A stretch of DNA of 64,000 bases, taken from a bacterium (GTDB lineage: Bacteria; Actinomycetota; Acidimicrobiia; Spongiisociales; ZC4RG35). A program made the position numbers and the translations under genes. The stretch covers positions 98 through 64,097 of the forward strand of contig JAPPFC010000030.1 in assembly GCA_028824015.1 (NCBI GenBank), read 5' to 3'. Below, one piece after another: positions 40,878 through 50,167 of this stretch. The notes beneath the pieces are model-generated. The model was not told the origin of the DNA, searched no databases, and saw only the letters and a list, made by a program, of their open reading frames with translations. Numbering within the stretch: position 1 is the first letter of the stretch; the number at the start of each line of letters is the position of its first letter.

Positions 40878-41996
40878 GTGACGCCTCTCCGGGTTGCGGT
40901 GATCGGGGGCGGTATTGCCGGCGCCGCCGCCGCTTTCTACCTGGCGGAGAGAGCCGAGGTGGTGTTGCTGGAGGCCGAGCCCACGCTCGCCTACCACACC
41001 ACCGGCCGCTCGGCCGCTCTTCTGTTCGAGTCCTACGGATCGCAGGGGATCCGACCCCTGACCTCGGCCAGCCGCGCCTTCCTCGACGACCCTCCTCCGG
41101 GCCTGGCCGACTTTCCGTTCCTGTCCCCGCGGGGCGGGATGCTGGTGGGCGGAGAGCAGCAGATCGGAGGGCTCGAGCAGTGGGAGGCCGATGCAAGGGA
41201 GCAGGGGGCGTGGGTGGAATTGCTGGACGCCGACAAGGCGCGTCAGATCTGTCCAGCACTCAAGCCCGAGATGGTGGCCGGCGCGATCTGGGAGCCCGGA
41301 GCCGCCGACATAGATGTGGCGGCGGTCCACCAGGCCTTCGTGCGGGGCGCCCGGCGGTGGGGCGCGGAGATCCGGGTCTCCTCACCGGTCAAGGCGATGG
41401 AGAGGACCGCCGGTGGATGGAGGCTGAGGGCCGGGGACGAGACCCTGACAGCCCAGGTGGTGGTGAACGCGGCCGGGGCGTGGGGGGACGAGGTCGCCCG
41501 GATGGCGGGCCTGGGTCCGATGGGCATTACTCCCATGCGCCGCACCGTCTTCATGGTTCCCGGATCGAACGATTACCGGTCATGGCCGATGGTGGCCAAT
41601 TTCGAGATGGGGTGGTACTTCAAGCCGGACGGGATCCAGCTGCTGTGTTCCCTGGCGGAGGAGAACCCCTCCCCTCCCTGCGACGCCCGCCCCGAGCCGC
41701 TCGACATCGCATTGGCGATCGAGCGCATCAACCATGCGACCACGCTGGGGATTCGCACGGTCCGCTCCTCGTGGACGGGGCTCAGGACCTTTGCTCCGGA
41801 CCGGGAGATGGTGATCGGTTTCGATCCCCGGACAGAGGGGTTCTTCTGGCTGGTGGGCCAGGGAGGCACCGGGATCCAGACTTCTCCGGGCGCCGGCGAG
41901 TTGACCGCATCCCTGGTATTGGACTCGGAGGTCCCCACCCGGCTGGTGGACCACGGGTTCGACGCCGCGGTGGTCGCGCCGGAGCGGTTCCTGTGA
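40878..41996 (+). CDS. FAD-dependent oxidoreductase (DadA/glycine oxidase-like)
   Basis: VAVIGGGIAGAAAAFYLA dinucleotide-binding motif. 372 aa. Confidence 0.7.
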   Translation: MTPLRVAVIGGGIAGAAAAFYLAERAEVVLLEAEPTLAYHTTGRSAALLFESYGSQGIRPLTSASRAFLDDPPPGLADFPFLSPRGGMLVGGEQQIGGLEQWEADAREQGAWVELLDADKARQICPALKPEMVAGAIWEPGAADIDVAAVHQAFVRGARRWGAEIRVSSPVKAMERTAGGWRLRAGDETLTAQVVVNAAGAWGDEVARMAGLGPMGITPMRRTVFMVPGSNDYRSWPMVANFEMGWYFKPDGIQLLCSLAEENPSPPCDARPEPLDIALAIERINHATTLGIRTVRSSWTGLRTFAPDREMVIGFDPRTEGFFWLVGQGGTGIQTSPGAGELTASLVLDSEVPTRLVDHGFDAAVVAPERFL

Positions 41997-42066
41997 TGCC
42001 GAAATCCACGGCTGTCTGGACGATGTGCCACCGGAGCAGGCCCAGGGTCTATGGGAGGACCGTGTG

Positions 42067-42885
42067 ATGTCCCAGACCTCTCTGCTCCGCACCTTCATTT
42101 CCTCCCCGCAGAATCCCCGGGTCAAGGCACTGGTGCGCCTTCGCACCCGGCGCGAGCGGGAGAGGAAGGCGACATTCCTGGTGGAGGGATACAGGGAGTT
42201 GCGAAGGGCGCTGGCCTGGAAACGCCACCTGGTGGCGGTGTATTGCTGCCCGCCTCTCTATCTGGGTGACAACGAGGAGAAACTTCTCTCGGAGGCGGCG
42301 CAGGCAGCCGAAGTGGTGGAGATGTCGGAAGCTGCATTCCGGAAGGTCGCCTACCGCGACCGTCCCGAGGGCCTCCTCGCGGTGCTCCGCCAGCCTCCCC
42401 TTCCGCTCTCCGCACTCAGGCTGGGAGCAGCGCCCCTCGTCCTGGTTGTGGAGTCGGTGGAGAAGCCCGGAAACCTGGGCGCCATGCTCCGGACGGCCGA
42501 AGCGGCGGGAGCGGACGCCGTGGTGGTGGCCGACCCGGCGACCGATGTCTTCAATCCCAACGTGGTCCGCGCCTCGCTGGGCTCGCTTTTCACCGTGCCG
42601 CTGGCAGTTGCGGAGGGTCCGGAGGCGCTGGAGTGGCTCCGCCAGGCAGACCTCCGGGTGATAGCCACCAGCCCTGCGGCCCCGGAGCCCTGCTGGAAAA
42701 CCGATCTCTCTGACAGGGTGGCGGTGGTGATCGGCACCGAACAGTACGGCCTGTCGGATCTCTGGCTGGATGGCGCCGACCACAGGGTGTCCATCCCCAT
42801 GTCCGGAACCGTCGACTCCCTCAATGCCGGATCGGCGGCGGCCGTCATACTGTTCGAGGCCCGACGTCAACGCTCACACGGTTAA
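42067..42885 (+). CDS. TrmH/SpoU-family RNA 2'-O-methyltransferase
   Basis: SPOUT motifs (VVESVEKPGNLGAMLRTAEAAGADAVV, IGTEQYGLS, GTVDSLNAGSAAAV). Confidence 0.75.
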   Translation: MSQTSLLRTFISSPQNPRVKALVRLRTRRERERKATFLVEGYRELRRALAWKRHLVAVYCCPPLYLGDNEEKLLSEAAQAAEVVEMSEAAFRKVAYRDRPEGLLAVLRQPPLPLSALRLGAAPLVLVVESVEKPGNLGAMLRTAEAAGADAVVVADPATDVFNPNVVRASLGSLFTVPLAVAEGPEALEWLRQADLRVIATSPAAPEPCWKTDLSDRVAVVIGTEQYGLSDLWLDGADHRVSIPMSGTVDSLNAGSAAAVILFEARRQRSHG

Positions 42886-42928
42886 TCCTGGATTACAATT
42901 GGACGATCTCGGGAGAGGAGGTACAACG

Positions 42929-43162
42929 ATGACAGTCGCCGTCCGACAAAACCACGATGCGTACAAAGAGCACCGGGAGGACATAGAACGAGAGCATCTG
43001 GGGAAGATCGTTCTGATGCACGATGGCCAGGTAGTGAGCACCCATGAGGACTACATTGAGGCCTACATCCAAGGTTGCGCAGCTTACGGGTTGGGCAACT
43101 TCTTGATCAAAAGAGTCGGAGAAGAACCCGCCAAACTCGGCTATCTCGCCTACAGACTGTAG
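42929..43162 (+). CDS. Small hypothetical protein (77 aa), low GC, upstream partner of the retropepsin-like gene
   Basis: ATG preceded by GAGAGGAGG. ~52% GC. 4-nt gap to the next gene. Confidence 0.5.
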   Translation: MTVAVRQNHDAYKEHREDIEREHLGKIVLMHDGQVVSTHEDYIEAYIQGCAAYGLGNFLIKRVGEEPAKLGYLAYRL

Positions 43163-43166
43163 GTCC

Positions 43167-43607
43167 ATGCCAACGTTCTCCGTTCCGGTTAGGAACAATG
43201 AGATCTTGATAAGGGTCGGTGTGGTTGGCGTGAGGCCTACGGACGGGAAACCCATCATCCCCGAAGACCTCCTTGACATCAACAGATGCGACGCCTTGGT
43301 GGACACAGGTGCTCAAATCTCGCTGGTCTCCCCCAAAGTGATCAGCGACGTGATGGCCATCCCCATCGGTGTGGGTGCTTATACAGCAGCCAACGGCCAA
43401 ACCCAAGAGGCGGACGAGTACTTGCTGGGAATTGACATCCCGATCCAACTGGGCGATGACGAGTCCACTTATGCCAGGGGGATGACACTAAGGGTTCTGG
43501 AAGTGCCGGCACTCCACCAGGAAGGCTACGAGGTGATCTTGGGAATGGACTGCCTTGGTCTATTCCACATCACCATGTGGAATAACACCTTCGTGCTCAG
43601 CAACTGA
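43167..43607 (+). CDS. Retropepsin-like (clan AA) aspartic protease
   Basis: ALVDTGAQISLVS (D-T-G-A catalytic motif) and the C-terminal VILGMDCL retropepsin motif. 146 aa. Low GC. Confidence 0.6.
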   Translation: MPTFSVPVRNNEILIRVGVVGVRPTDGKPIIPEDLLDINRCDALVDTGAQISLVSPKVISDVMAIPIGVGAYTAANGQTQEADEYLLGIDIPIQLGDDESTYARGMTLRVLEVPALHQEGYEVILGMDCLGLFHITMWNNTFVLSN

Positions 43608-43653
43608 CGCAAACCGGGCTGCAAGCGGACTGTGATCTCCCAGCCGGGAGAAG

Positions 43654-44352
43654 TTAGGCAACGGCTGAGATCGCTTCGCTCAGGGTGAATCGCCCCTCGT
43701 ACAGCGCTCTCCCCACAATCACGGCCTCGCACCCCAGGGCCGCCACTGCCTTGAGGTCGGAGAGATCACCCACTCCGCCCGAGGCGATCACCGCCATGTC
43801 CGAGAGCTTTCCCACCTGTGCCAGCAGGTCGAGATCCGGCCCCTTCATGGCTCCGTCCCGCTCGATGCCGGTCACCAGCAGCCTCACCACTCCCGCTTCC
43901 CGCAACCCTCTCAGTGCTTGGGAGACCGAACGCCCTTCGTCCAGCCATCCCGCCCCTCTCGCCCGGCCTGCTCGCACGTCGAGAGCCGCCACTACTCGCT
44001 CCACCTCCCCCACTTCCCCCAGGGCGGCCGGATTCCACACCGCGGCGGTTCCCATAACCACCCTCCGGGCGCCCGCCGCCAGTGCGGCCCGGGCGGCGTC
44101 CGGGGTGCGGATGCCCCCGCCCACCTGGAAAGGGACCCCCGCCTCGCCCATCCCTCGCCAGATCCGGCGGTCGGGATCACCCGTCTTCGCGCCGGAGAGA
44201 TCCACCACATGCACCAAATCGGCGCCCTGCTCCATCCATCGGCCCGCCACCTCGACCGGGCTGTCCGAATAGCGGGTCACCTTCCGGTAGTCGCCGTGCA
44301 GCAATCTGACCACCCTCCCCTCCAGAATGTCCACGGCCGGGATTATCTGCAT
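43654..44352 (-). CDS. hisA: 1-(5-phosphoribosyl)-5-[(5-phosphoribosylamino)methylideneamino]imidazole-4-carboxamide isomerase (HisA/PriA-type)
   Basis: MQIIPAVDILEGRVVRL, GGGIR, VIASGGV (beta/alpha)8 phosphate-binding motifs. Confidence 0.85.
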   Translation of the reverse strand: MQIIPAVDILEGRVVRLLHGDYRKVTRYSDSPVEVAGRWMEQGADLVHVVDLSGAKTGDPDRRIWRGMGEAGVPFQVGGGIRTPDAARAALAAGARRVVMGTAAVWNPAALGEVGEVERVVAALDVRAGRARGAGWLDEGRSVSQALRGLREAGVVRLLVTGIERDGAMKGPDLDLLAQVGKLSDMAVIASGGVGDLSDLKAVAALGCEAVIVGRALYEGRFTLSEAISAVA

Positions 44353-44395
44353 CGCTGGGCGCCCTCCTGGGATCATGAAACCGGGTTTGCGCTAA

Positions 44396-44423
44396 TGTGC
44401 TATTACGCTAATATGTTAGCACA
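44396..44423. promoter_or_regulatory. AT-rich operator-like inverted repeat TGTGCTA-N14-TAGCACA with GCTAAT direct repeats, between divergent hisA and the TrpR-like gene
   Basis: Seen directly in the 70-bp intergenic region: gcGCTAATGTGCTAttacGCTAATatgtTAGCACActaac. Confidence 0.4.
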
Positions 44424-44446
44424 CTAACATCAACCCTGGACATTAT

Positions 44447-44755
44447 ATGACGGTCGACAGATCATGGCGCAACCAGGACACCCGGGCGCTTTTCTCCGCG
44501 GTGCTGACCCTGGAAACGGTGGACGAAGCCGCGATCTTCTTCCGGGACCTCTGCACCCGCAAGGAAATATCGGACCTGAGCCAGCGATGGGCGGTTGTCC
44601 GCCAACTCGACCGGGGACTCTCCTACCGGCAGATCTCGGAGATCACCGGCGCCGCAACCGCCACCATAACCCGTATCAACCAGTGGCTGCGTCACGGCAC
44701 CGGCGGTTATCGCCTGGCCCTCTCCAGGGTCAAGACGACGCCTGATACGGAGTAG
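44447..44755 (+). CDS. TrpR/YerC-YecD-like small HTH regulator
   Basis: 102 aa. LSQRWAVVRQLDRGLSYRQISEITGAATATITR is the Trp-repressor-family HTH. Confidence 0.55.
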   Translation: MTVDRSWRNQDTRALFSAVLTLETVDEAAIFFRDLCTRKEISDLSQRWAVVRQLDRGLSYRQISEITGAATATITRINQWLRHGTGGYRLALSRVKTTPDTE

Positions 44756-44763
44756 CAGACCCG

Positions 44764-45627
44764 ATGAACAAGAGTGCACTAACCCTGGCGATACCCAACA
44801 AGGGTCGCCTCCGCGAGCCATCGCTCCGGCTCCTCAAGAGCGCCGGGATGTCCTTCGAGGTGACCGACCGGGCCCTGTCCCTGCGGGTCCGGAATGTCGA
44901 GGTGGATCTGGTGCTGGTCCGCACCGAGGACATACCGGGAATGCTGATTGAAGGCGTGGCCGACGTCGGGATAACGGGACTGGATCTCATGGAGGAGTCC
45001 GATCCGGATGCCGCTCTGGTGCCGCTGGTCAAACTGGACTTCGGGTTCTGTCGCCTGGCGGCGGCGGTGCCCAACGCCTCTTCGATCGACTCCCTGGAGG
45101 ACCTGAGGGGGCTGCGGGTCGCCACATCCCATCCCCGGACCACCGCCCGGTTCCTCTCTGATCGTGGCATCCCCGCCTCGGTCGTGGCCCTCAAGGGATC
45201 CGTGGAGGCGGCCACCAAGATCGCCCTGGCCGACGCGGTGGTGGATCTGGTCTCGACAGGGTCCACCCTCAGGCTCAACGGATTGCGGGACATCGGCGTC
45301 CTTCTCGAGTCCCAAGCGGTCCTGGCCGGACTCCCCGAGGTGAGGGACAACCGGCTCGTCCGCCAACTGGTGACCGCGGTGCGGGCGGTGACCGCCGGGC
45401 GGCGTAAGCGCTACCTGCTTCTCAACACCTCGGTCGACAACACCGCCGAGATCAGCCGGCTGATGCCCGGTCTCTCAGCTCCCACCATCGTTCCCTTGGA
45501 CGACCCGGAGATGGTGGCCATGCATTCGGTGGTGGACGCCTCGGACCTGTGGGATCTGCTGCCCCGCCTCGAAGACGCGGGCGGGAAGGGGATCCTGGTG
45601 CTTGACATAGGACAACTCGTCCCGTGA
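44764..45627 (+). CDS. hisG: ATP phosphoribosyltransferase (long form)
   Basis: 287 aa. LTLAIPNKGRL, VDLVSTGSTLRLNGL. Confidence 0.85.
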   Translation: MNKSALTLAIPNKGRLREPSLRLLKSAGMSFEVTDRALSLRVRNVEVDLVLVRTEDIPGMLIEGVADVGITGLDLMEESDPDAALVPLVKLDFGFCRLAAAVPNASSIDSLEDLRGLRVATSHPRTTARFLSDRGIPASVVALKGSVEAATKIALADAVVDLVSTGSTLRLNGLRDIGVLLESQAVLAGLPEVRDNRLVRQLVTAVRAVTAGRRKRYLLLNTSVDNTAEISRLMPGLSAPTIVPLDDPEMVAMHSVVDASDLWDLLPRLEDAGGKGILVLDIGQLVP

Positions 45628-46931
45628 TCGCCATCTCTCAACCTCGGCTGCGCCAGGTGCTGCTGAATGAGCTCACCGAAGCCGAGTGGACCGGATTGTG
45701 CCGCCGCAGCGCCGTGCCGGACCCCGATGTGCGGAGGATCGCCGGGGACATATGCGAGGAGGTGAGGAACGGGGGAGATCGGGCCATGGAACGTGTGGCC
45801 GCCCGCCATGGAGGCGGGTATTTCCCTGTGACGCGGTCGGAGTTGGAGCGAGCCGCCGGCGACATCCCGGAGGTAACCGCCGCTCTCGAGGACGCCAGAG
45901 ACCGGATAGCGTCCTTCCACCTCCCCCAGGTCCCTTCGGACATGCACCGCGAAGACGTTCGGGGCATCGCCATCACCCGCCGGTGGTCCCCCCTCGGTCG
46001 GGTGGGCGCCTACGTTCCCGGCGGAAAGGCCGCCTACCCCTCCACCGTCCTGATGACGGTGGTCCCGGCCAAGGTGGCCGGGGTTGGCGAGGTGGTGGTT
46101 GCCACCCCGGCCGGCCCCGACGGGGAGGTCCACCAGGCGACCCTGGCGGCCTGCTGGGTGGCCGGCGCAGACGAGGTGTGGGCCATGGGGGGCGCGGGCG
46201 CGGTGGCGACTCTCGCCTACGGGACCGGACTCGTGAAGCGGGTGGAGAAGATCGTCGGACCGGGCAGTCGGTGGGTGACGGCCGCCAAGTTGGCGGTGTT
46301 CGGGGACTGCGGAATCGACCTCCCGGCCGGCCCCTCGGAAGTCCTGGTGCTGGCCGACCACTCGGCCGATCCGGTACTGGTCGCCGCCGACCTCCTTTGC
46401 CAAGCCGAGCACGGACCGGACTCCCCCGCGATCCTGGTCACCACCGACCCGACCCTCCCCTCCCGGGTGGAGGAAGCGCTTGAGGAGCAGTTGGCGTCCC
46501 TCGATCGTCGGGAAGTCCTGGCCGAAGCCCTGGCCAACCACGGCATGACGGTGATCGCTTCCGACATGACCGAAGCTCTCTCTTTCACCAATCGATACGC
46601 AGCCGAGCACGTCTCCCTACTCACCTCCGACACCGAGACGCACGCCAAAGCGGTCACCGCGGCCGGTTCGGTCTACGTCGGGCGCTGGTCGGCGGAGTCG
46701 GCCGGCGACTATGCAACCGGGGCCAATCACGTGCTGCCCACCGGGGGTCTGGCGGCCTGTTACGGTCCCCTGTCGGTGGAGGACTTCGGTTCCTGGCGCC
46801 AGGAGCAACGTCTGACCCGCGAAGGTCTTGCCGATATTCTCCCCATCATCACCCGACTGGCCGATGTGGAAGGCTTCACCGCCCACCGCCGCGCGGCAGA
46901 GCTACGGTTCAGCACGGAAGGAGCACCATGA
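45624..46931 (+). CDS. hisD: Histidinol dehydrogenase
   Basis: 435 aa. Zn/NAD-binding motifs (GGAGAVATLAYGT, CQAEHGPDS). Confidence 0.9.
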   Translation: MIAISQPRLRQVLLNELTEAEWTGLCRRSAVPDPDVRRIAGDICEEVRNGGDRAMERVAARHGGGYFPVTRSELERAAGDIPEVTAALEDARDRIASFHLPQVPSDMHREDVRGIAITRRWSPLGRVGAYVPGGKAAYPSTVLMTVVPAKVAGVGEVVVATPAGPDGEVHQATLAACWVAGADEVWAMGGAGAVATLAYGTGLVKRVEKIVGPGSRWVTAAKLAVFGDCGIDLPAGPSEVLVLADHSADPVLVAADLLCQAEHGPDSPAILVTTDPTLPSRVEEALEEQLASLDRREVLAEALANHGMTVIASDMTEALSFTNRYAAEHVSLLTSDTETHAKAVTAAGSVYVGRWSAESAGDYATGANHVLPTGGLAACYGPLSVEDFGSWRQEQRLTREGLADILPIITRLADVEGFTAHRRAAELRFSTEGAP

Positions 46932-47512
46932 AGAGAACCGCACACCTGATCCGGGAGACCCGGGAGACCTCGGTGGAAGTCAGTCTCGATCTGGACGGAT
47001 CCGGGCAGGCCCGGATCTCCACGGGGGTGGGGTTCTTCGACCACCTCCTCACCTCCCTGGCCCACCACGCGCTGTTCGACCTGACGATCGCCACCCGCGG
47101 CGACCTGGAGGTTGACGATCATCACACCGTGGAGGACACTGCCCTGGTGCTCGGATCGGCCCTCTCCGAGGCCCTGGGCGATCGGGCGGGCATCAGCCGT
47201 TTCGGGGATGCGGAAGTGCCCATGGACGAGGCCCTGGGAAGGGCGGCGGTAGATGTGGGGGGCCGTCCCTACGCCGTGGTGGATCTCCCTCTCCGCAACC
47301 CGACCATCGGTAACCTCACCACCCAGAACCTCCCCCATGCGATCGAGGCGCTGGCTCGCAACGCAGGTATCACCCTCCACCTGAGCTCCACAGGCCGCAA
47401 TGACCATCACCAGGCGGAGGCTGCCGTCAAGGCGCTGGCCCGCGCCCTGCGACAAGCGGTGGCGCGCGACCCCAGACGGGTGGGTGTGGCCTCCACCAAG
47501 GGCGCCACTTGA
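46928..47512 (+). CDS. hisB: Imidazoleglycerol-phosphate dehydratase
   Basis: DDHHTVEDTALVLG and GRNDHHQAEAAVKA motifs. Confidence 0.9.
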   Translation: MKRTAHLIRETRETSVEVSLDLDGSGQARISTGVGFFDHLLTSLAHHALFDLTIATRGDLEVDDHHTVEDTALVLGSALSEALGDRAGISRFGDAEVPMDEALGRAAVDVGGRPYAVVDLPLRNPTIGNLTTQNLPHAIEALARNAGITLHLSSTGRNDHHQAEAAVKALARALRQAVARDPRRVGVASTKGAT

Positions 47513-48126
47513 CGAGAATCGCCGTGGTCGACCATGGCGCCGGAAACCTGGTCTCCATCACCCAGGGACTGGAGAGGGTGGGAGCAGAGACCATGCTGGC
47601 CGCGGGGCCCGGTCAACTGGAGGGCGCCGACGGCGTGGTGCTCCCGGGGGTGGGAACCACCGGCGCGGCCATGGAACGGCTGGAACAGGCAGGGTTCATC
47701 GACCCCCTGGTCGAATGGACGGGTCCGCTCCTGGGGATCTGTGTGGGCCTGCAGTTGCTCTTCGAGGGCAGTTCGGAGGATGACAGCACCTGTCTGGGGC
47801 TGATGCCCGGCCGGGTGGAGCGGTTGCGGGAGACTCCCCGCCTCCCCCACATCGGATGGAACGACCTGCTGATGACCGACGACGACCCTCTGTGGGAGGG
47901 CCTGCCGGAGCGTCCCACCTTTTATTTCGTGCACTCCTATGCGCCGGCGCCGGCCGACTCGGGCCTGATCATCGGCGAGGCCACCTATGGCACCCGGTTC
48001 TGCGTGGCGGTCAGGGACGGCCTTCGGGTGGGGGTCCAGTTCCATCCCGAGCGGTCCGGCCCGAACGGCCTTCGCGTGCTCTCCAACTTCCTGGCCGAGT
48101 GCCGAACCCGCTCGGAGGCCCCCTGA
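47509..48126 (+). CDS. hisH: Imidazole glycerol phosphate synthase, glutamine amidotransferase subunit
   Basis: GICVGLQLL catalytic-Cys motif and HPE catalytic His-Glu. Confidence 0.9.
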   Translation: MTRIAVVDHGAGNLVSITQGLERVGAETMLAAGPGQLEGADGVVLPGVGTTGAAMERLEQAGFIDPLVEWTGPLLGICVGLQLLFEGSSEDDSTCLGLMPGRVERLRETPRLPHIGWNDLLMTDDDPLWEGLPERPTFYFVHSYAPAPADSGLIIGEATYGTRFCVAVRDGLRVGVQFHPERSGPNGLRVLSNFLAECRTRSEAP

Positions 48127-48887
48127 TGCTGCGCAAGAGAATCATTCCCTGCCTGGATGTTGCAGACGGCCGGGTGGTGAAGGGAGTCAACTTCGTCAAC
48201 CTCACCGACGAGGGGGACCCGATCGAGTTGGCCGGCCGCTATGCGTCCGAGGGCGCGGACGAGATCTGCTATCTGGACATCGCCGCCGCTCCGGAGAACC
48301 GCGACACCATGTGGGACGTCGTGAGGCGCACCGCCTCGGAGGTGTTCATTCCTCTCACAGTGGGTGGAGGGATCCGCTCCCCCGAGGACATGAAATCGGC
48401 CCTTCGGGCCGGAGCCGACAAGGTGAGCATCAACACCGCGGCGGTCCGTCGCCCGGAGCTTCTCCGGGATTGCCGCCGCCGGTTCGGGCGTCAGTGCGTG
48501 GTGCTGGCCATCGATGCCCGGCGTCGGCCCCAGGGGGGATTCGAGGTGGTGGTCGTGGGCGGCAGAGAGCCGATCGGCTGGGATGCGGTGGAGTGGGCCC
48601 GGCGGGGGGTCGAACTGGGCGCGGGTGAGATTCTCCTCACGTCCATGGACCGGGACGGGACCAAGGACGGCTACGACCTGGAGTTGACCGCCGCGGTCAC
48701 CTCGGCGGTGGAGGTTCCGGTGATCGCCTCGGGAGGGGCCGGCACCACCCAGCACTGCGTGGAGGCATGCCTGGAGGCCGGCGCCGAGGCGGTGCTGGCG
48801 GCTTCCATCTTTCACCGAAAGGAGATCGAGATCTCCGAGGTCAAGCGCGCCATGGCCCGGGCGGGCGTGCCGGTGCGCCTGGAGTGA
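48126..48887 (+). CDS. hisF: Imidazole glycerol phosphate synthase, cyclase subunit
   Basis: [12 protein letters not shown] start. The track ORF from 47856 is an upstream extension into hisH. Confidence 0.9.
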   Translation: MLRKRIIPCLDVADGRVVKGVNFVNLTDEGDPIELAGRYASEGADEICYLDIAAAPENRDTMWDVVRRTASEVFIPLTVGGGIRSPEDMKSALRAGADKVSINTAAVRRPELLRDCRRRFGRQCVVLAIDARRRPQGGFEVVVVGGREPIGWDAVEWARRGVELGAGEILLTSMDRDGTKDGYDLELTAAVTSAVEVPVIASGGAGTTQHCVEACLEAGAEAVLAASIFHRKEIEISEVKRAMARAGVPVRLE

Positions 48888-49522
48888 GCGACGTGTACCC
48901 GCCCCGAGCCGCCGATCTGAAGTGGAGTGCCGATGGCCTGATACCGGGGGTGGTGCAGGACGCCCGGACCGGCCAGGTGCTGATGCTGGCCTACCTCAAC
49001 CGGGAGTCGTACGCCGCGACGCTGGGCAGCGGCTACGTCCACTTCTGGTCCCGTTCCAGGCAGGAACTGTGGTTCAAAGGCGCCACCAGCGGCGCCACCC
49101 TGGAGGTGGTGACGATCAGGGCGGACTGCGACGCCGACACGCTCTTGATCACCGCCCGGCCCGCCGGTCCGGCCTGTCACCGCCACACCACCACCTGCTT
49201 CGACGACTCCCCGCCCGGAGAGGGATTCCAGTGGCTGGAGCACCTGTGGGATGTGATCGCATCCCGCGCCGCCCAGCGACCGGCCGGGTCCTACACCACC
49301 CGCCTCCTGGAAGGAGGGGTGGACCTGACCGGCCGCAAGCTGATGGAGGAAGCAACCGAGGTGCTGATGGCCGCCCGCGATCACGCTCGGGGGGAGGCGG
49401 ACAACCGGCGTGTCTCAGAAGAGATGGCCGACCTTGTCTATCACCTCCTGGTGCTGGCCGCCGATCGGCAGATCCGGCCGTCGGAGATCGTCGCGGTGTT
49501 GGAGGAGCGCTTCTCCTCCTGA
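48884..49522 (+). CDS. hisI: Bifunctional phosphoribosyl-AMP cyclohydrolase / phosphoribosyl-ATP pyrophosphatase
   Basis: GTG start overlapping the hisF stop (GTGA). Cyclohydrolase domain plus a C-terminal MazG-like PRA-PH domain ([21 protein letters not shown]). Confidence 0.8.
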   Translation: MSDVYPPRAADLKWSADGLIPGVVQDARTGQVLMLAYLNRESYAATLGSGYVHFWSRSRQELWFKGATSGATLEVVTIRADCDADTLLITARPAGPACHRHTTTCFDDSPPGEGFQWLEHLWDVIASRAAQRPAGSYTTRLLEGGVDLTGRKLMEEATEVLMAARDHARGEADNRRVSEEMADLVYHLLVLAADRQIRPSEIVAVLEERFSS

Positions 49523-49994
49523 GTTCCCACCCTTTCCGGGGTTACGCGAACCCCCTGTCCCTCCCCCATTTCGGAACGCCCGGGGCCAAACCCGCCGCAG
49601 ACCTGACCCGATACTGAGCGTTGGCCAGGAGGTGCCGAGGGCAACAACCGGTGTCGTAAGCACGGCGTAGATCCCGTTTACCCGGATCGGTTCGCGGGTT
49701 TTACCTGCAAGACGCGTCCACGTAGCCGTGAAACCAAATGCGGATGGCGCGAAAAGAGGCTACCGCCCTGCAGGAAGCCAATCCGTGTCCTTACACGGTG
49801 GCTGACGGTTTCGCCAAAGGCTGGCCCCTTGACCAAAAGAGGGGCGGTTCCGGACAAGCCTCACCGATGTCGGCTCTCGCGCCGGCGGCTATGTTTCATG
49901 CTTCCGGCTCGATCTTCGGGAGTTGCTGAGTCCCGGCCTTCGAGTTGGTTCTTTAATCCGGTTTCGCCCAGCACCGCACACGCCGCAGAACTAA

Positions 49995-50020
49995 AATAAA
50001 GTAGTGTCTACTAGTACTTG
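49995..50020. promoter_or_regulatory. Overlapping palindromes AGTAG-TGT-CTACT and TACTAGTA in the AT-rich promoter region of the ABC operon
   Basis: Seen directly: aaAGTAGtgtCTACTAGTACTtg, ~150 bp upstream of the lipoprotein start. Confidence 0.3.
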
Positions 50021-50167
50021 TCTTGAGGGAACAGCATCGGTTCTCTCGGCATCCACAAGCAGATAGTGCGAAAACAGTTGGTTCCGGAATTCGAAAGGAG
50101 CGTCATTCTTCACACTCCAACCCCAATAAACACGCTTTGGACCATTGGAAAGAGAAAGGAATGGCTA

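Noticed and set aside
49556-50167. TPP riboswitch upstream of the NMT1/ThiY-like binding protein
   Set aside because: I searched for the CUGAGA and pyrimidine-sensing helix consensus on both strands and found no convincing match. Left as an open structured-RNA question instead.
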